A stretch of 63,999 nucleotides of DNA, the filler included, from Circinaria calcarea (Eukaryota): NCBI GenBank assembly GCA_051942165.1. It is 17 parts of 17 records of this genome, joined end to end, with 100 filler letters (N's around TTAATTAATTAA, not from the genome) between each part and the next. Parts side by side here need not be neighbours in the genome. Positions count along the whole stretch, not along the records: positions 22,776 to 26,461 come from JAVECS010002668.1; positions 26,562 to 30,247 come from JAVECS010002669.1; positions 30,348 to 34,032 come from JAVECS010002670.1; positions 34,133 to 37,814 come from JAVECS010002671.1; 13 more parts are not named here. One strand, written 5' to 3'. The translations under genes and the position numbers were made by a program. Below the pieces are notes generated by a model. It was given only the letters and a program-made list of their open reading frames with translations, was not told the origin of the DNA and ran no database searches. Numbering within the stretch: the first letter of the stretch is position 1; each line of letters starts with the position of its first letter. Positions 24,424 through 37,019 of the stretch are shown here, one piece after another.

Positions 24424-26434
24424 TCATTTAACGGTGAAGCGACTCCTAGCCCTCAGACTTGCTCCATACCACCACAGCGCCCACACTCCAAAAATACATC
24501 CCACCGTCAGGCCCGCCAGCAAACTGACGCCCCTCTCCACCCCTAGGTTTAGAAACAGCGGCCGCGCAAATAGGATTGCCGCCGCACCCAACATCGATCT
24601 CGCAAAATCGTTGCTGGCGAATAAGCTGGCGGCGTACTGCGGATAGGAAAGTGGAATGTAGAGGAAGATGCATTGAAAGGTCATGAAGACTCCCATCGTA
24701 TCTAAACAAGTTAGCATTAAAAAGCTAGAGAATATATTTATATTATTTTTACTTACATAGAGCGACGCCAATAAGACCAACGATCCAGTGAATGCGACCG
24801 TTACTCGTCCAGGCGAAGAGGAAGAGGCCAATGGGTAGCACGCAGGCGGCACCTAGGGCGGGGATGAGGCGATCTTCGGGCGCACCAAGGCCGTGGGCGC
24901 GAATGGAAGGATTAACGCGCGTATAGAGGTAAAGGCAGTACATAGGGATGACTAGCAGAACGGCGACGGTGATGGAGAGGAAGGTCAGACCTTGTTGGCC
25001 TAAATTGAAATGGTAGCGGTCGATGTAAACCAAGGGGAAGGCTTCGAAAAAGGAGTAGAAGATGCCGTAGGTGAGACCTGAGTAGACTGTCGCGAATGTG
25101 ATGGCGGGATCTTGGATGAGGATCTGGGTCGGCTTCCAGACGGCATCGGAGACAATCTTTGAAGCTGTGAGTTTCGACTGGTCAATCTCACTTTGGCTTC
25201 TGTACTTGTCGTTGCCCGTTAATTTGCGGAGTCGCTGGGCGCGGCGTAGCAGGATATTGGGCGAGGAGGTCTCGGGTAAGCAAAGGAAGAGAAGGATGAA
25301 AATCGGCCCTGACAGCCATAAGATTTCCCACAGCGACCAATGCCAGTCCTTTGCTGTTACACTGAAGCCAGCGATGATTGGGCCCAGAGAAGGACCGTAC
25401 GTGGTAGCGGCCACCCAGAATGTCAACAAAAATGGTAATTGAAGAATATTGTACTACTTTGGTATTAGCGCCAAATACTCAAAGCATTATCATGGATATA
25501 CTCACCATGTCCTGAAAGCTAGCACCCCCTGTAGCAAGACATGGACTCCCGAAGAAGCCTTGCAAGAATCTCAGAACCAGCAGGCCAGCGAGATTGTCCA
25601 CTAATGCCGCAGGGACGCACAGAATGACAAAGATAGCAAACGTGATAATGTAGGGAGGGTTTCGTCCAATGACAGGAATTTCGCTCAAAGGCGAGAATAA
25701 CAGCGGACCGATACCGTCTATAATTTTATTAGCCCATGTCCTTTGGATGCCATGGCAGGTTCAAGCGACTTACAGCCAAGTACATATAACGCCAGTACCA
25801 ACGAGGAGACGGTAAGCGAGACACCGAATACTAAGCTAATCTCCGGCTGACTGGGGGTTACTATCGCAGAGCCCAGGTACACCGCAAAGGTGTAAAGACA
25901 TATCTGGAAGGTGACAAAATTCTTCTTGCCAAAGGACCAGTTTTGAGGGTTTGCCGGATCGTCCGTCGCATACCAATCAACAAGTATTACTCCATCAGAT
26001 GTAAGCTGAGGTTTTATGGGTCTTGAAGGCTCCCTCTTCAGCATAGCAATAGAGACTGCGCGGTCAAGATCGGCTCGACTCGTAATCTTCTCTAGGTCAA
26101 CTCGGGAATTGACTCTACTAACAGACTCTAGGTCGGGAAGATTAGGCTTTTCGACGTCAAGACCCTTGACACTGCCTTCATCTGTAGACTCGCGTGATCC
26201 AGGTTCAGACGTCTGGGGTTTATCGTCTAGCGCTGAATCGATGTTGGGTAGTTGAGTCTCCGACTTGTTCCTGATGCGTCCTGTCTCGCTATGTGGGTGT
26301 GACGAGGAGAAGGGATGTAGGTAGGATTCAGGGATTTGGAAATCTGGTTGGTCTTCAAGATGTTGTAGTAATGTGTTCCCGGACAGAGATCGAATAATGT
26401 AGCCCAGTGCCGTGTCACGGATGAGATCTGCCAT
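24424..26434 (-). CDS. MFS multidrug transporter, DHA1 family (Flr1/Caf5-like)
   Basis: MADLIRD start, VDWYATDDPANPQNWS, PLSEIPVIGRNPPY, RFLQGFFGSP, PETS, YAASLFASNDFARS; at least 3 introns. Confidence 0.92.
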
Positions 26435-26687
26435 AGCTGACAGAAACACGACTGTACGAATNNNNNNNNNNNNNNNNNNNNNNNNNNNNNNNNNNNNNNN
26501 NNNNNTTAATTAATTAANNNNNNNNNNNNNNNNNNNNNNNNNNNNNNNNNNNNNNNNNNNNTCATCATCATCATCATACAATCGAACGCCAGGGTATTAT
26601 GCCGCTAGAAATCGCCAGCATCCGCCTGTGGCAGCATACTTAGCTCACTGAAGTAGTGGAGCCTTTCTGACTGCAATGAGTAGTTGC

Positions 26688-28297
26688 TCAACCTTTCTCA
26701 CCTCCAGTCCCCTTTGCCTTCTCCCCGTTAGCCCTTCCATCCTCCCCGGCACCTTCCTCTTCGTCACCCTCCCCATCCTCCTGATCAGTCGCCCAGTCAC
26801 CCTCGTCGCCATCTTCCTTCTCATCAGAGTCCGTGTCAGAAGAATCCTCGGGAAGCTTATTGGACATCTTTTTCATAGATCGGGTCGTTGGATCAAACCG
26901 TGGCGCGCTGATAGCATCCATATACTCTTGCTTAGTCACTGCCGTACGGAGTCGGAGTTTTTGGACAGGCTCGGGTAACATCATCTCGTTGTAGTATGCT
27001 GCATATGCACGCGGGTCCTAAAAATCATCAGCACCGACTTTGAATAGCCGTCAAGGTAAGTTACATCTTCATCCACCCACTCAAGGCGTGTCCACGGTTC
27101 TTCCTCTATCTCCTTCAATAATTTTGCGGTACTGCCCGCATTCGGCCCTAGTTCTTCTTCATCACTATCGGCAGATGCGAATGTCATATTAACAGCCTGG
27201 GCTTCGGAATCTTGGGAAGCATTTGCATTGGCGCGTTTCGCTCGGCCGGAAGGCTTGTTGTTGTCCGTCACGGCATCGAGGTGAGGAAATACTGGCTGCA
27301 GCCATACGCTAGCAGTAACCGGCGTCATGTGAAGGACATCTGTAGGATATTAGAATAAAAGTAGGCAATTCTACATGTACTTAGAAAGCAAACGAGACAT
27401 ACCACCCTGGAAAACACCGATCATCATGACTGGATCATCGTCCTGCGGGTATTCAAGCATTCCTTCCAGAGTAATCTTATTCATGACATTGCCTTGATTG
27501 ACAGCCTGTTCGAAATTCTTCTGTTCGGCTTCTTTGTCATACTCCTCAGAGTCCTCGCTATCCTCATATTCCTTGCCATCCTCCTCTTCTTCTCCGTCTT
27601 CGTCTCCTTCATCATCTTCATCTTCATCACCATTGCTATCCTCGCTATCCTCATCATTCTGGCTCTCCTCATTAACTTCAACATCAACACTCACGTCGTC
27701 GTCTTTGGTGCCCTGGCTGTCCTCGCTACCTCTACTATCTTCGCTGATCTCGCCGTCATTGCCATTGTCGACCTCTTTGACGTTCTTGCTGTCCTCACTG
27801 CCCTTGCTGCCCTTGCTCCCTTTGTCTTCGTCACTGGAGCTTTCGCTGTCCTCGTCTTGTCCAACTTCATCTTCGGGACCATAACCGGGAAAGTAATCTT
27901 GGGCTATTGTCTCTTCGTCCACGTCAACTTTGGCTGCACGAGTTGATCCACCTTGACGTCCAGTAAATCCACCAGCGAGACCATAGTCACCTCCCTTCTG
28001 TAGCAACTTACTACGCTTCATTGCTTCTCCGTACTCGACGCCCTTTTCGCGATTGTAGTTCCTATAAACATCCATAGGAACATCGATTTGCATCAGTCCA
28101 CATTTTGGCTTAAAGCGGATCTCCAGAGGCTTCATGCCACTAGCTGCATTGTACGGCTGGTTTCTGTCGCGATTGGGAAATCGACATACTATGACCATGT
28201 ATTCGGTCTTGTTGAGCACCACATCGAATTCGTTAAGGATTGGACCGCGGTCCACTTCTGACTCTGGGGATGCCGGTGACTCCACTTGGGGTGTCAT
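26688..28297 (-). CDS. RPC37: RNA polymerase III subunit Rpc37/RPC5-like, with long acidic insert
   Basis: FPNRDRNQPY, KPLEIRFKPKCGLMQIDVPMD, YGLAGGF, VMNKITL, VLHMTPV..LQPVFPHLDA, YMDAISAPR; introns 27402..27340 and 27064..27018. Confidence 0.8.
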
Positions 28298-28840
28298 ATC
28301 TGGTTATGAGGGGGCCCCTGATTCCATATAGGGTGCAGAATCAGGTGCCTCAACGTTTGGACTGTCTTGGGCAGCATTGGGTACCCGGCGAGGTCTTGCA
28401 AGTGCTCTACGTGCTTCCTTGATCTGAACATTAGCTTGTGACTTTGAGATGCCGGGTTCCTCCGCTAGATGATTGATCTGATCTTTCCTTAAACGATACG
28501 CAAGATATTGCGGTTTACGAGGCATGTTGGCGCTTGTACGCTTATCGCGTCTACAGCGTGAATGTTCGTGGTGAGAAGAAAGGAATGAATTTTAGCGACA
28601 GAAGCGCGGTTAAGTAGACGCAATCAATATAGCCGACAGCCGGGTAAGTTTTGCGTAAACCCACAACTCACCTGGTCTAAGGTGAAAGATATTTATTTCC
28701 GTTTCCGGTTAAGAGCTCATGAGGTGTCTTCCCGTATAGAACCGTATCCCTCTTTGTGTCATCATAGCATAGTTGTTACTTTACTCAGGTAACACTCTGA
28801 CAGCCCTCTCCTTACCATATCTCATTTTATCTGCTACGCT

Positions 28841-30247
28841 ATGGCATTACCTGGCCTACAGCTCAATTCCTTACCAGTGGAAGAGATAACATCTCTTACG
28901 CATGAATTGCCAAGAGAAACCGAGTGGCGTTTTGAAGTTTCTTACGGCAGCACCGTAGAAGTTAAATTGCTCTCGGGCACAGCAGAGCTTTATGGTACTG
29001 AACTCGCATTGAACCAGGTCTATTCTTTCCATGGTTGCAAGTCAGCTATCTACACCTGGCATGGTTGCCGAATAGAAGTCACTGGCCAGTGTCAGGTGGA
29101 TTATATCGCGGAGGAAACACCCATGATCAGCTATGTCAACACTCACTTTGCCTTAGAGGACTTGAGGCAGCTAGCTTTAGAGAATAATGTGTTAGGCCCA
29201 AGAGTACTTGTCGTTGGTCCAGATAATGCGGGAAAGACCACACTGGTGAAAATACTCGCGTCATATGCTACACGTGCAGGTCGGCAACCCATCATTGTCA
29301 ACACTGATCCAAAGGAAAGTCTCCTAAGCGTGCCTGGCACGCTCTCTACAATTGTGCTAGATTCCATTGTCGATGTCGAGGAAGGATGGGGGACGAGCCC
29401 AACAAACGGCCCAAGCCAGATTCCCGTGAAGCTCCCATTGGTGTACTATTATGGCTTGGAGGATCCCGAAGCAAGGCCCGATTTCTTCAAGCCTATAGTA
29501 TCAAGACTGGCGTTGTCTGTTATGAACAGAATGGAAGATGACAATAAGGCCAAGCAGGCAGGTTGCATCGTCGATACTTCGGGCTCGATCAGTCAAGGAA
29601 AGGGAGGTTATGATATAATCAATCATGCGGTTGCAGAGTTCTCAAGTGAGTGGTGATGGTCCGTAGCTCCTATTGCATCATCTAATCAACCTACGCTAGT
29701 CAACCTCCTGATTGTACTGGGATCGGAGCGGTTATACAACGACATGTCTCGGCGCTTCTCTAAACAGGGTGCTGGCTCCAATGGCTTAGTTTCTGTGGTA
29801 AAGCTTGATAAATCTGGGGGCTGTGTGGACCGAGATGCCCAGTACCTCCAGCAGTTTCGCCAAGGGCAAATTCGAGAGTACTTTTTTGGCGATGCGAGGA
29901 ATGCTCTGAGTCCCCATACTCAGCAGCTCGATTTTGGCGAAGCTACTATTTATAGAGTGTCTGAGCGTAAGTGCAGCCCGGGCTACGTTTGGCTTAGGAT
30001 ATGGCTAACGTCCAACAGAATCAGCTCTCTTAGATTCTCTCTTACCTGGTGGTGAAGTGGAAGACACCCCACAGCAGTCACTATTCGATAGGGTTCTACC
30101 ATCTTCAATGATGCAGCATTGCATTCTCGCTCTTATGCAGGCAGAGCCCAATGACACCCCAGAGAACATTCGCGATGCGAATGTTATAGGTTTTGTGTAC
30201 GTAGCCGAGGTCGACGAGAAGAAGAAGAAACTTAGAATACTGGCTCC
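28841..30247 (+). CDS. CLP1: Polynucleotide 5'-OH kinase / mRNA cleavage factor Clp1 (3' partial)
   Basis: ETEWRFEV, GTAELYGTEL, P-loop GPDNAGKTT, LGSERLY, KSGGCVDRD, IREYFFG. Confidence 0.93.
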
Positions 30248-30433
30248 NNNNNNNNNNNNNNNNNNNNNNNNNNNNNNNNNNNNNNNNNNNNTTAATTAAT
30301 TAANNNNNNNNNNNNNNNNNNNNNNNNNNNNNNNNNNNNNNNNNNNNAGCCATCGCTTACCTATGAACAAGAATCCCACTTCCAGCAAGCCAATATATGC
30401 AGAGGCAATGCAGATGACCGACGTCGATTGTAT

Positions 30434-31503
30434 CTAACAAGTTAGAGGGAACTTTTGTTTTCGGTCCGCAGTGAATACGCCCCAATGGTTCTCATTGGCT
30501 GAAGTGCCATCGTCACCGACGCTAGCGGGCTTCCATGGCTCGTCAAAGGCCTCAAAATAGAACACGTTGAAGCCCCAGTCGAGAGCAGCGCAGACTCCTT
30601 CCTGAAAGAAGCTTTGAGCGTTTTTCGTACTAGCAACTGCCGCTCCATAGTTCGAACCACCTATGATAGTATTCAGCAACGTTGTCCAGCAGTGTGCGTA
30701 GAGACTCAACCTACCATCACATGGCCAGCCTGTCTCCCCGTTCCAGATCTCAATATCAGTAGTCCCTGCCACCGACTGGATACGTGCGAAGGCTTGGAAG
30801 AGGTCGTCAATGTAGCTGTGTGTAGAGTTGGATAGCTCCTGTGCCTGCCAGTAGGAGAAAGCATTTGAGAGTCTGCGCAATGATTAGCGCCGCTCGTCTT
30901 TGATAACCATGCAAGTGTACTCACATCAGCTTGACACCCCCTTTGATGATTGGATCAGCGGTGCCATCCTGGAATTTGTTCCAGCTGTCGGCCGTGCCAA
31001 TTGTCAAACTTGGAAATGTCTTTTGCATATCCTGAATCTTCGACAGCAGGGCTTCGGCGGTGAGACTCTCTCGGTACAATGCCTCGGATCCCACTGTGAT
31101 GGCTTGCACCGCGGCCATGTTCCTCGAATCAGACAGGGCACTTTGCAGAGCAGATTTGTCGGCGTTGTATGCATCATCCGAATCGGGCCTGTGAAGTTAT
31201 CGTGAGTATGTAAGACGTAAGGCAACAAATTGGTGTATCCTACCAAACTCCAAGAACCACCTTGAAGCCTTTGCTGGCGGCGGCGGGTAGAATCTGTTGT
31301 GCGGTTTTACATTCGCTTGCTGAATAAGTTCGAACCAAGGTGCTGGAGCTCTTCAAGGCGTCGAAGTCGAGCTCATAATCCGAAGTAACTTTACAAGAGC
31401 CATCGACATTCTTGCTGCCTATCGCATAGCCAAGGGTGCCAGCTGCAGAGACAGCCAAAGGTGCTGCCACAAGAATGACGGGGACGAAGCTGGTAAAAAG
31501 CAT
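30434..31503 (-). CDS. BGL2: GH17 glucan 1,3-beta-glucosidase/glucanosyltransferase (Bgl2-like)
   Basis: Signal peptide MLFTSFVPVILVAAPLAVSA; KVVLGVW, TVGSEALYR, GTADSWNK, NAFSYWQ, GETGWP, FEAFDEPWK; introns. Confidence 0.9.
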
Positions 31504-32063
31504 GGTGAGGTTCGTGTTGTTTGAAAGAGTGTTGATATAAGGAACGAATGTAATAATGCTATAGGTCGAGCTACCTGAGTAACTCGAATAACAATAATGA
31601 GTGACTGGGAAGCGATGTAAGAAAATACGAAGAGAGCTGAAAAGTTGAAGGTTGAGTTGAGGGTTGAAAGGTGAAGAGGTTATTTGCAGTGTGCCAAAAG
31701 GGGCAGGGGTGATTGATCGATCATTGACGCGTTCCTGCATCCGGAATCCAAAAATAACCGCCCCACTGCAGCACTACCAATGGAATACTTTCCCATTCTT
31801 ACCTACAAAGTTATATGCTTGCAAATACACCACATATCAGATCACTAGGACGGGACATACCGATATGTATAATTTGTTGGATGAGAACCATGAACATGTC
31901 GATTGACGGATCATTAAGCGGACGGCAGGAACCGATATCCTATCCGGCTCGAATTGTGCGCAACCAGGTCTATGAGCCACAAAACCTGGGATAAGATACT
32001 TACCTTGTGAAAGGTATGGGTGACCTTACTGAGTGTCTATTCTGAGAAAATTTCTCCCTCGAG

Positions 32064-34032
32064 ATGCTCTGCGTAATCTGTCAAAACGCCTTTCGCGCTC
32101 CCAGGGTGATAGCGGGCCCGGAGACTCCTGAAAGTCAGCGTATCTGTTATGACCATCAGCCGTCGTTTCTCGACTTACGGCGTTCTACCCAGCTCAAGTG
32201 TCATTTGTGTACACTAATACATAAGGTGCTTCAGCACGAAGGCAAAACGCAAAAATGCTCAGATTTGAATGGAGATCGGTCGGTGCGATTGCCCGTTCGG
32301 TATTGGATAGAGCATCGGATACCTGAAAGACCTCTCTTCTTGGTCCATTTCCGCCTTGGAAACTGCTGCAGCGCCGCCCTAAGGCTTCTATCACCATCAC
32401 GTACGCTGAAGTTTCAGAGAGACTATTTGTTACTGAACGAGACTAAACCCCGATACAGATCACGTACCGATGCCAGTGTGCTTCGAATCCGGAGAGGACC
32501 TCGAAGAGACGACAGACTCGGATACTAGTTTTGCAAGAGCAACGAAGTGGATTGGCGAGTGCATATCGAACCACCCAGAGTGCTTAAATCCTACAGGATC
32601 ATCAAGGTTTTTCCCAACCAGGGTGCTTGATGTATCCGGGGATCCTGACTTCGTAAAGCTTACGATATCAACTAATAACCGATCGAACAAAAACTACCTT
32701 ACATTGAGTCACTGCTGGGGAAGGACTTCAACAATATCAGCGACAAGGGCATCGCTACGTAGTTTAGTTACAGGGATCCCAATTTCTGACATGCCGCTCA
32801 CATTCAAGCATGCTATTGCTATAGCACGCCGTTTAGGCTATCAGTACCTGTGGATTGACTCCTTGTGCATCGTTCAGGACTCTGATGAGGATTGGATGCG
32901 AGAATCGGCTATGATGGGTCAGATCTACAGCTTTTCTCAGTGCACTATAGCTGCAACAGGTTCTTCAAACAGTCACGGCGGCTGCTTCGTTAAGCGTAAG
33001 CCGCTGGAGTTACAGCCTTGCAGAATATCTGGCAACATTCTCTCTGCACAAAATGCATCCGAGGACTTGTACCTCTACGACTGGCACACCGAGAGATTCT
33101 CGGAGGAGCTTGCCGACGCTCCATTGAATAGTCGTGCATGGGTCCTGCAGGAGCGCATTCTGTCCCCTCGCGTTCTGCACTATAATGGCCGTCAATTATT
33201 TTGGGAGTGTAAACGGTATGATGCTTGTGAGGCATTTCCCCAAGGATTGAGTATTGATTACAACCGGTATAATGGCCGAGCCCCTACTAATTTCAAGAAG
33301 GTTCTAGCATCTGGGACAAGAGCAATGCCTGAGCGAGGTCTCTCCGAGGATTGTAGCCCAAAAGACATGATGTATTTAGATTGGCATTCTGTTGTAGAGT
33401 CGTACTCCACTGCAGATTTAACTAAAGCCAGGGATAAACTTGTTGCAATATCGGGGCTGGCACGTGAGTGGAGGTTGCGACTCGGTAATGAATATTTTGC
33501 TGGTCTGTGGAAGAATGATCTCCATCGCGAGCTCTTATGGCATATGCAGCTGCTGGAAGAAGGTACGAGGAAGAGAACATCGACCTATCGAGCACCTACC
33601 TGGTCTTGGGCATCATTCGATGCTAAGGTGTATAACGCAACCATGGTGGAAAGGATGACTGACTGCATTATTGTTGGCCGCATTATAACGGTTCAGGTAA
33701 CTCCAGCAGGGTCTGATCCTATGGGCCAAATTACTTCGGCGTCCCTTGAGATTGTTGGGCCGATGAGAAAATCCTCAATCTATAAAGATAGTCATGGGTT
33801 ATACCACATACCCGATGCTACCGAGGGCTATAGTGATGAGCACATTGAAGCAGGCGGCTGGTACAGCTCTTGTAATCCAGACGTTGAGTTAACGCAGCTG
33901 GCAGAGGTGACTTATCTGCCACTGCTGCGTATGTCTGGAACTCTGTCGGAACCCACAGTAGGCGGCCTAATGCTAATGCCCGATACTAGAGCTCGAGACA
34001 AATACGTACGAGTTGGAACGTTCGAGCTCATG
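32064..34032 (+). CDS. HET domain protein (3' partial)
   Basis: MLCVIC; intron 32401-32458; PTRVLDV, YLTLSHCWG, YLWIDSLCIVQD, PLNSRAWVLQERILSPR, DKLVAISG, YRAPTWSWAS. Confidence 0.92.
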
Positions 34033-34132
34033 NNNNNNNNNNNNNNNNNNNNNNNNNNNNNNNNNNNNNNNNNNNNTTAATTAATTAANNNNNNNNNNNN
34101 NNNNNNNNNNNNNNNNNNNNNNNNNNNNNNNN

Positions 34133-34917
34133 CAATTCTCATCCAACAGCCTCCGTGCCCTCTTCTCGGCACGCCGAAAATCCGCCGCGTATGTTTCAAA
34201 TATGCTAATAATCTCCACCAGTGTCTCCTTGGGCCCTAGCGAGAAGTCGTCGGTTACCCGTTCGATCTGGTGGATGAGATCGCCTGCGGCGTAATGGATG
34301 CTGCCGATGTAGGCGGCGATGTTCTGGGCTAGTGTGGCTTGGGGAGTGGGAGTGGGGGTGGGTTTCAGGGGTGAGTGGTGAATAGGGTTCGAGAGGTGGT
34401 TGGTGCATGGGTTTCTGGGAGCGTTGAAGGGGTTTGTTGGATGCTTCGGGGTTTGGGGGCTTGGGTCGGTTGGGCTGTGGTTTTTGAGGCTGGAGGAGTT
34501 TTGTTTGGGAAGAGGGTTAGGGGTGCTGGTTGATTCTTGGTATGATTTGTTTGATTCTTGGAGTTGTTTTATGGACTCCCTGAGAACTGCATTGGTATTC
34601 CTGAAGACTTTATTGGATTCCCTGGATTTGTCATTGGACTTCCAGAGTGCTTCATTAGTCGTCCTGAGTATTTTATTGGATTCCTGGGATTGTTCGTTGG
34701 ACTTCCAGAGTGCTTCGTTGGACTCCTTGAGCAGGTCATTAATCTCCCAGAGTACTTCGTTCGACTTCCTGAGCAGTTCGTTTTCTTTCTGAAGCGGGTT
34801 TTCTGGTACGCCTGTGATGGCTCGAACCCTTTTCTCAGAAAGATGGTGCTCTTGTTGCAGGCATGGCTCTTCTCCGCTGAGGGGATTTGAAGATTGAGAG
34901 GGGGCTGTGTGAGTCAT
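34133..34917 (-). CDS. Hypothetical protein with heptad-repeat coiled coil (3' partial)
   Basis: Open frame of about 260 aa; Asn recurs every 7 residues in (L/S)xxSNxx units, mirrored by 21-nt DNA repeats. Confidence 0.6.
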
Positions 34918-35470
34918 TTTGGGGGTTGGCTGATGAGTATTGAGTATGTTGTGTGCTTTGCGTTTGTTGACATGAAGAGAAAAATGCTCTGCGTCTGCTT
35001 CGATGTAAAAAGAGCTGATAGCTGAACAGTGACCGAGTTAATACCAGAACAGACACGCACCTACCACTTTCCAGCACCATCAAGCACGGTCATGATCGGT
35101 TGAAAGAACAACATGAGACAAGCATGTACTGAAACCGAATGAGCACAAACTTTGTGACATCGATAATAGAAAGACAACACTGGCGGCATCCTCTTGCCAC
35201 GGAACGTGCTGGAAGGCGTGATACAAACGTCGGACATTTCACGCTAGGATTCCACTTATCTCCAGATTCTTCCGGAACCTGCTTATCTTCCGTTCTTCGT
35301 TCCTTTCACCAACCATCTGGCCGTCACGGTGGTTCCTGATACCTCTCGAATCTCATCAAACACGAGCTTATATCATCAACCGTCTTGTCCATCACCGTTA
35401 CCGTTTACTATAGTATCTATCTTCCGGATATCACCAAACTACAAAGCAGAGGATTCTTACCTATGTGACT

Positions 35471-36739
35471 ATGGCTTCGTACGACACTGCTCCGGAGGAT
35501 CTGAACGGGATGACATCGGCTGACGGTGGGGTGGTGGTGGAGAATGGGAAAGGTGATGGAACCTGTTTGGTGGCTGGAGAGCGCGCATCAGAAGAGATTC
35601 TTCTACCTTCCGAAGAAGTGGATCCATTTGAAAGGGTGAGTTCGGACGCAAAATCGCTGGACATCAAGGAACATCCACCATCCGAATCAAGTCTATTGCC
35701 CCACGATCTTCCGCCTGCGGAAAACAGAGTACGCGAAATACCTCTCTCGTCCTCAAAACCCACTCCATCGACCAATCACCTGGAAGGAGGACTTTCCCTC
35801 GAAACCTCCAACAGCAATATCGCCGCCAACCTCATTACAACAAATTTCGAAGCAGAACGCAAGAGAATGACACAAAGACTTACAAAAGCGACTGCGTTTT
35901 TCCGAGACACGGCGGGGTATATGGCGAGAGCGATGGATCGAATAGAGGCGAGTGAAGCATCGCCCGAGGTGAAACTAGGGCAGATGAGGGTGTGGACAGA
36001 AAGTTGCGTAAGGAAGTTTCGGAAACTGGCAGAAGGATTGCAGGTGAGTGCGGGAGGGCATGGAATGACTGTGAAGGGAGAAAGGCAAGGGAAGGAAGGA
36101 GCAGAGTTACGGAAAGAGAAAGAGGCAGAAGACAACAAGAGGGATGGAGAAGGAGAGAAGCAGGTCAGGATCACGGGAAGTAGAGGAGAAATGGAGGCAG
36201 TAACCCCACCCAAAGACGATCTTCCTTCGGCATCGGGAGTCGCAAAATCACAAGGGATGCCAGCTCGGGAGGCCGAGAAATCACACTCACCGATGAGCCT
36301 CGACCCAACCACGCATACTCACACGGAGGCGTCAGTCACTGATACAGAGCAGCCAGCAAATCTCCCTCAGGGACCGTCGGATAACAAAAGAAAAGAACGG
36401 AGGCGTAGGCGTAGACGTAAGGCACCAGCCACCAAGGAAAGGCAACTAGTTACCGAGAGTGAGGAAAAGCAGCCCGCCACCGCGGAAGAGCAGCCCGCCA
36501 CTGCGGAAGAGCAGCCCGCCACCGCGGAAGAGGAGCCAGCTACCGAGACCGAGGAAAAGCAGCCAGCGGATCTCCTTGACGGACCACCGGATCCCAAGGG
36601 ACAAAAGCGAAAACGTACGCATAGAGGGAGACGAAGGCGGAGGCCTCCAATTGAGGAACATGAAAGTGCAAAGGATATTGTTGAGGCGTTCTGGATTTTA
36701 GAAAAGGACACGACAGATGGAAAGGGGGTAGAGATGTGA
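35471..36739 (+). CDS. Hypothetical disordered protein with EEQPATA repeats and Arg-rich NLS-like runs
   Basis: ORF of about 420 aa; 21-nt tandem repeats near 36461-36565; a terminal intron (GTAGAG..CTAAC..TAG, about 36728-36783) could extend the C-terminus. Confidence 0.6.
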   Translation: MASYDTAPEDLNGMTSADGGVVVENGKGDGTCLVAGERASEEILLPSEEVDPFERVSSDAKSLDIKEHPPSESSLLPHDLPPAENRVREIPLSSSKPTPSTNHLEGGLSLETSNSNIAANLITTNFEAERKRMTQRLTKATAFFRDTAGYMARAMDRIEASEASPEVKLGQMRVWTESCVRKFRKLAEGLQVSAGGHGMTVKGERQGKEGAELRKEKEAEDNKRDGEGEKQVRITGSRGEMEAVTPPKDDLPSASGVAKSQGMPAREAEKSHSPMSLDPTTHTHTEASVTDTEQPANLPQGPSDNKRKERRRRRRRKAPATKERQLVTESEEKQPATAEEQPATAEEQPATAEEEPATETEEKQPADLLDGPPDPKGQKRKRTHRGRRRRRPPIEEHESAKDIVEAFWILEKDTTDGKGVEM

Positions 36740-37019
36740 GAAGGGAGGATGAAAACGGTACTAACGATGTGGATGGATGGTAGAATGAGCGGAAGATGCC
36801 GGCATGTTAAATGAATAGTTCTGCTCCTATCTGCGGAAAAGCGGAGAAAGGCACTCAAATCATGCATTGCGAGCTTCTAAACAGTGCATACTGAATTGTA
36901 ACATTCGAATGACCTCCGCTTTATAATCTCCGTCCCAAGAAATTGTCCATCTACACCCAAAGAAAACTGCGGGGGCACATTTGCTCAAAATGACTCTTCT
37001 GCATAGCAATTGAAAACTA

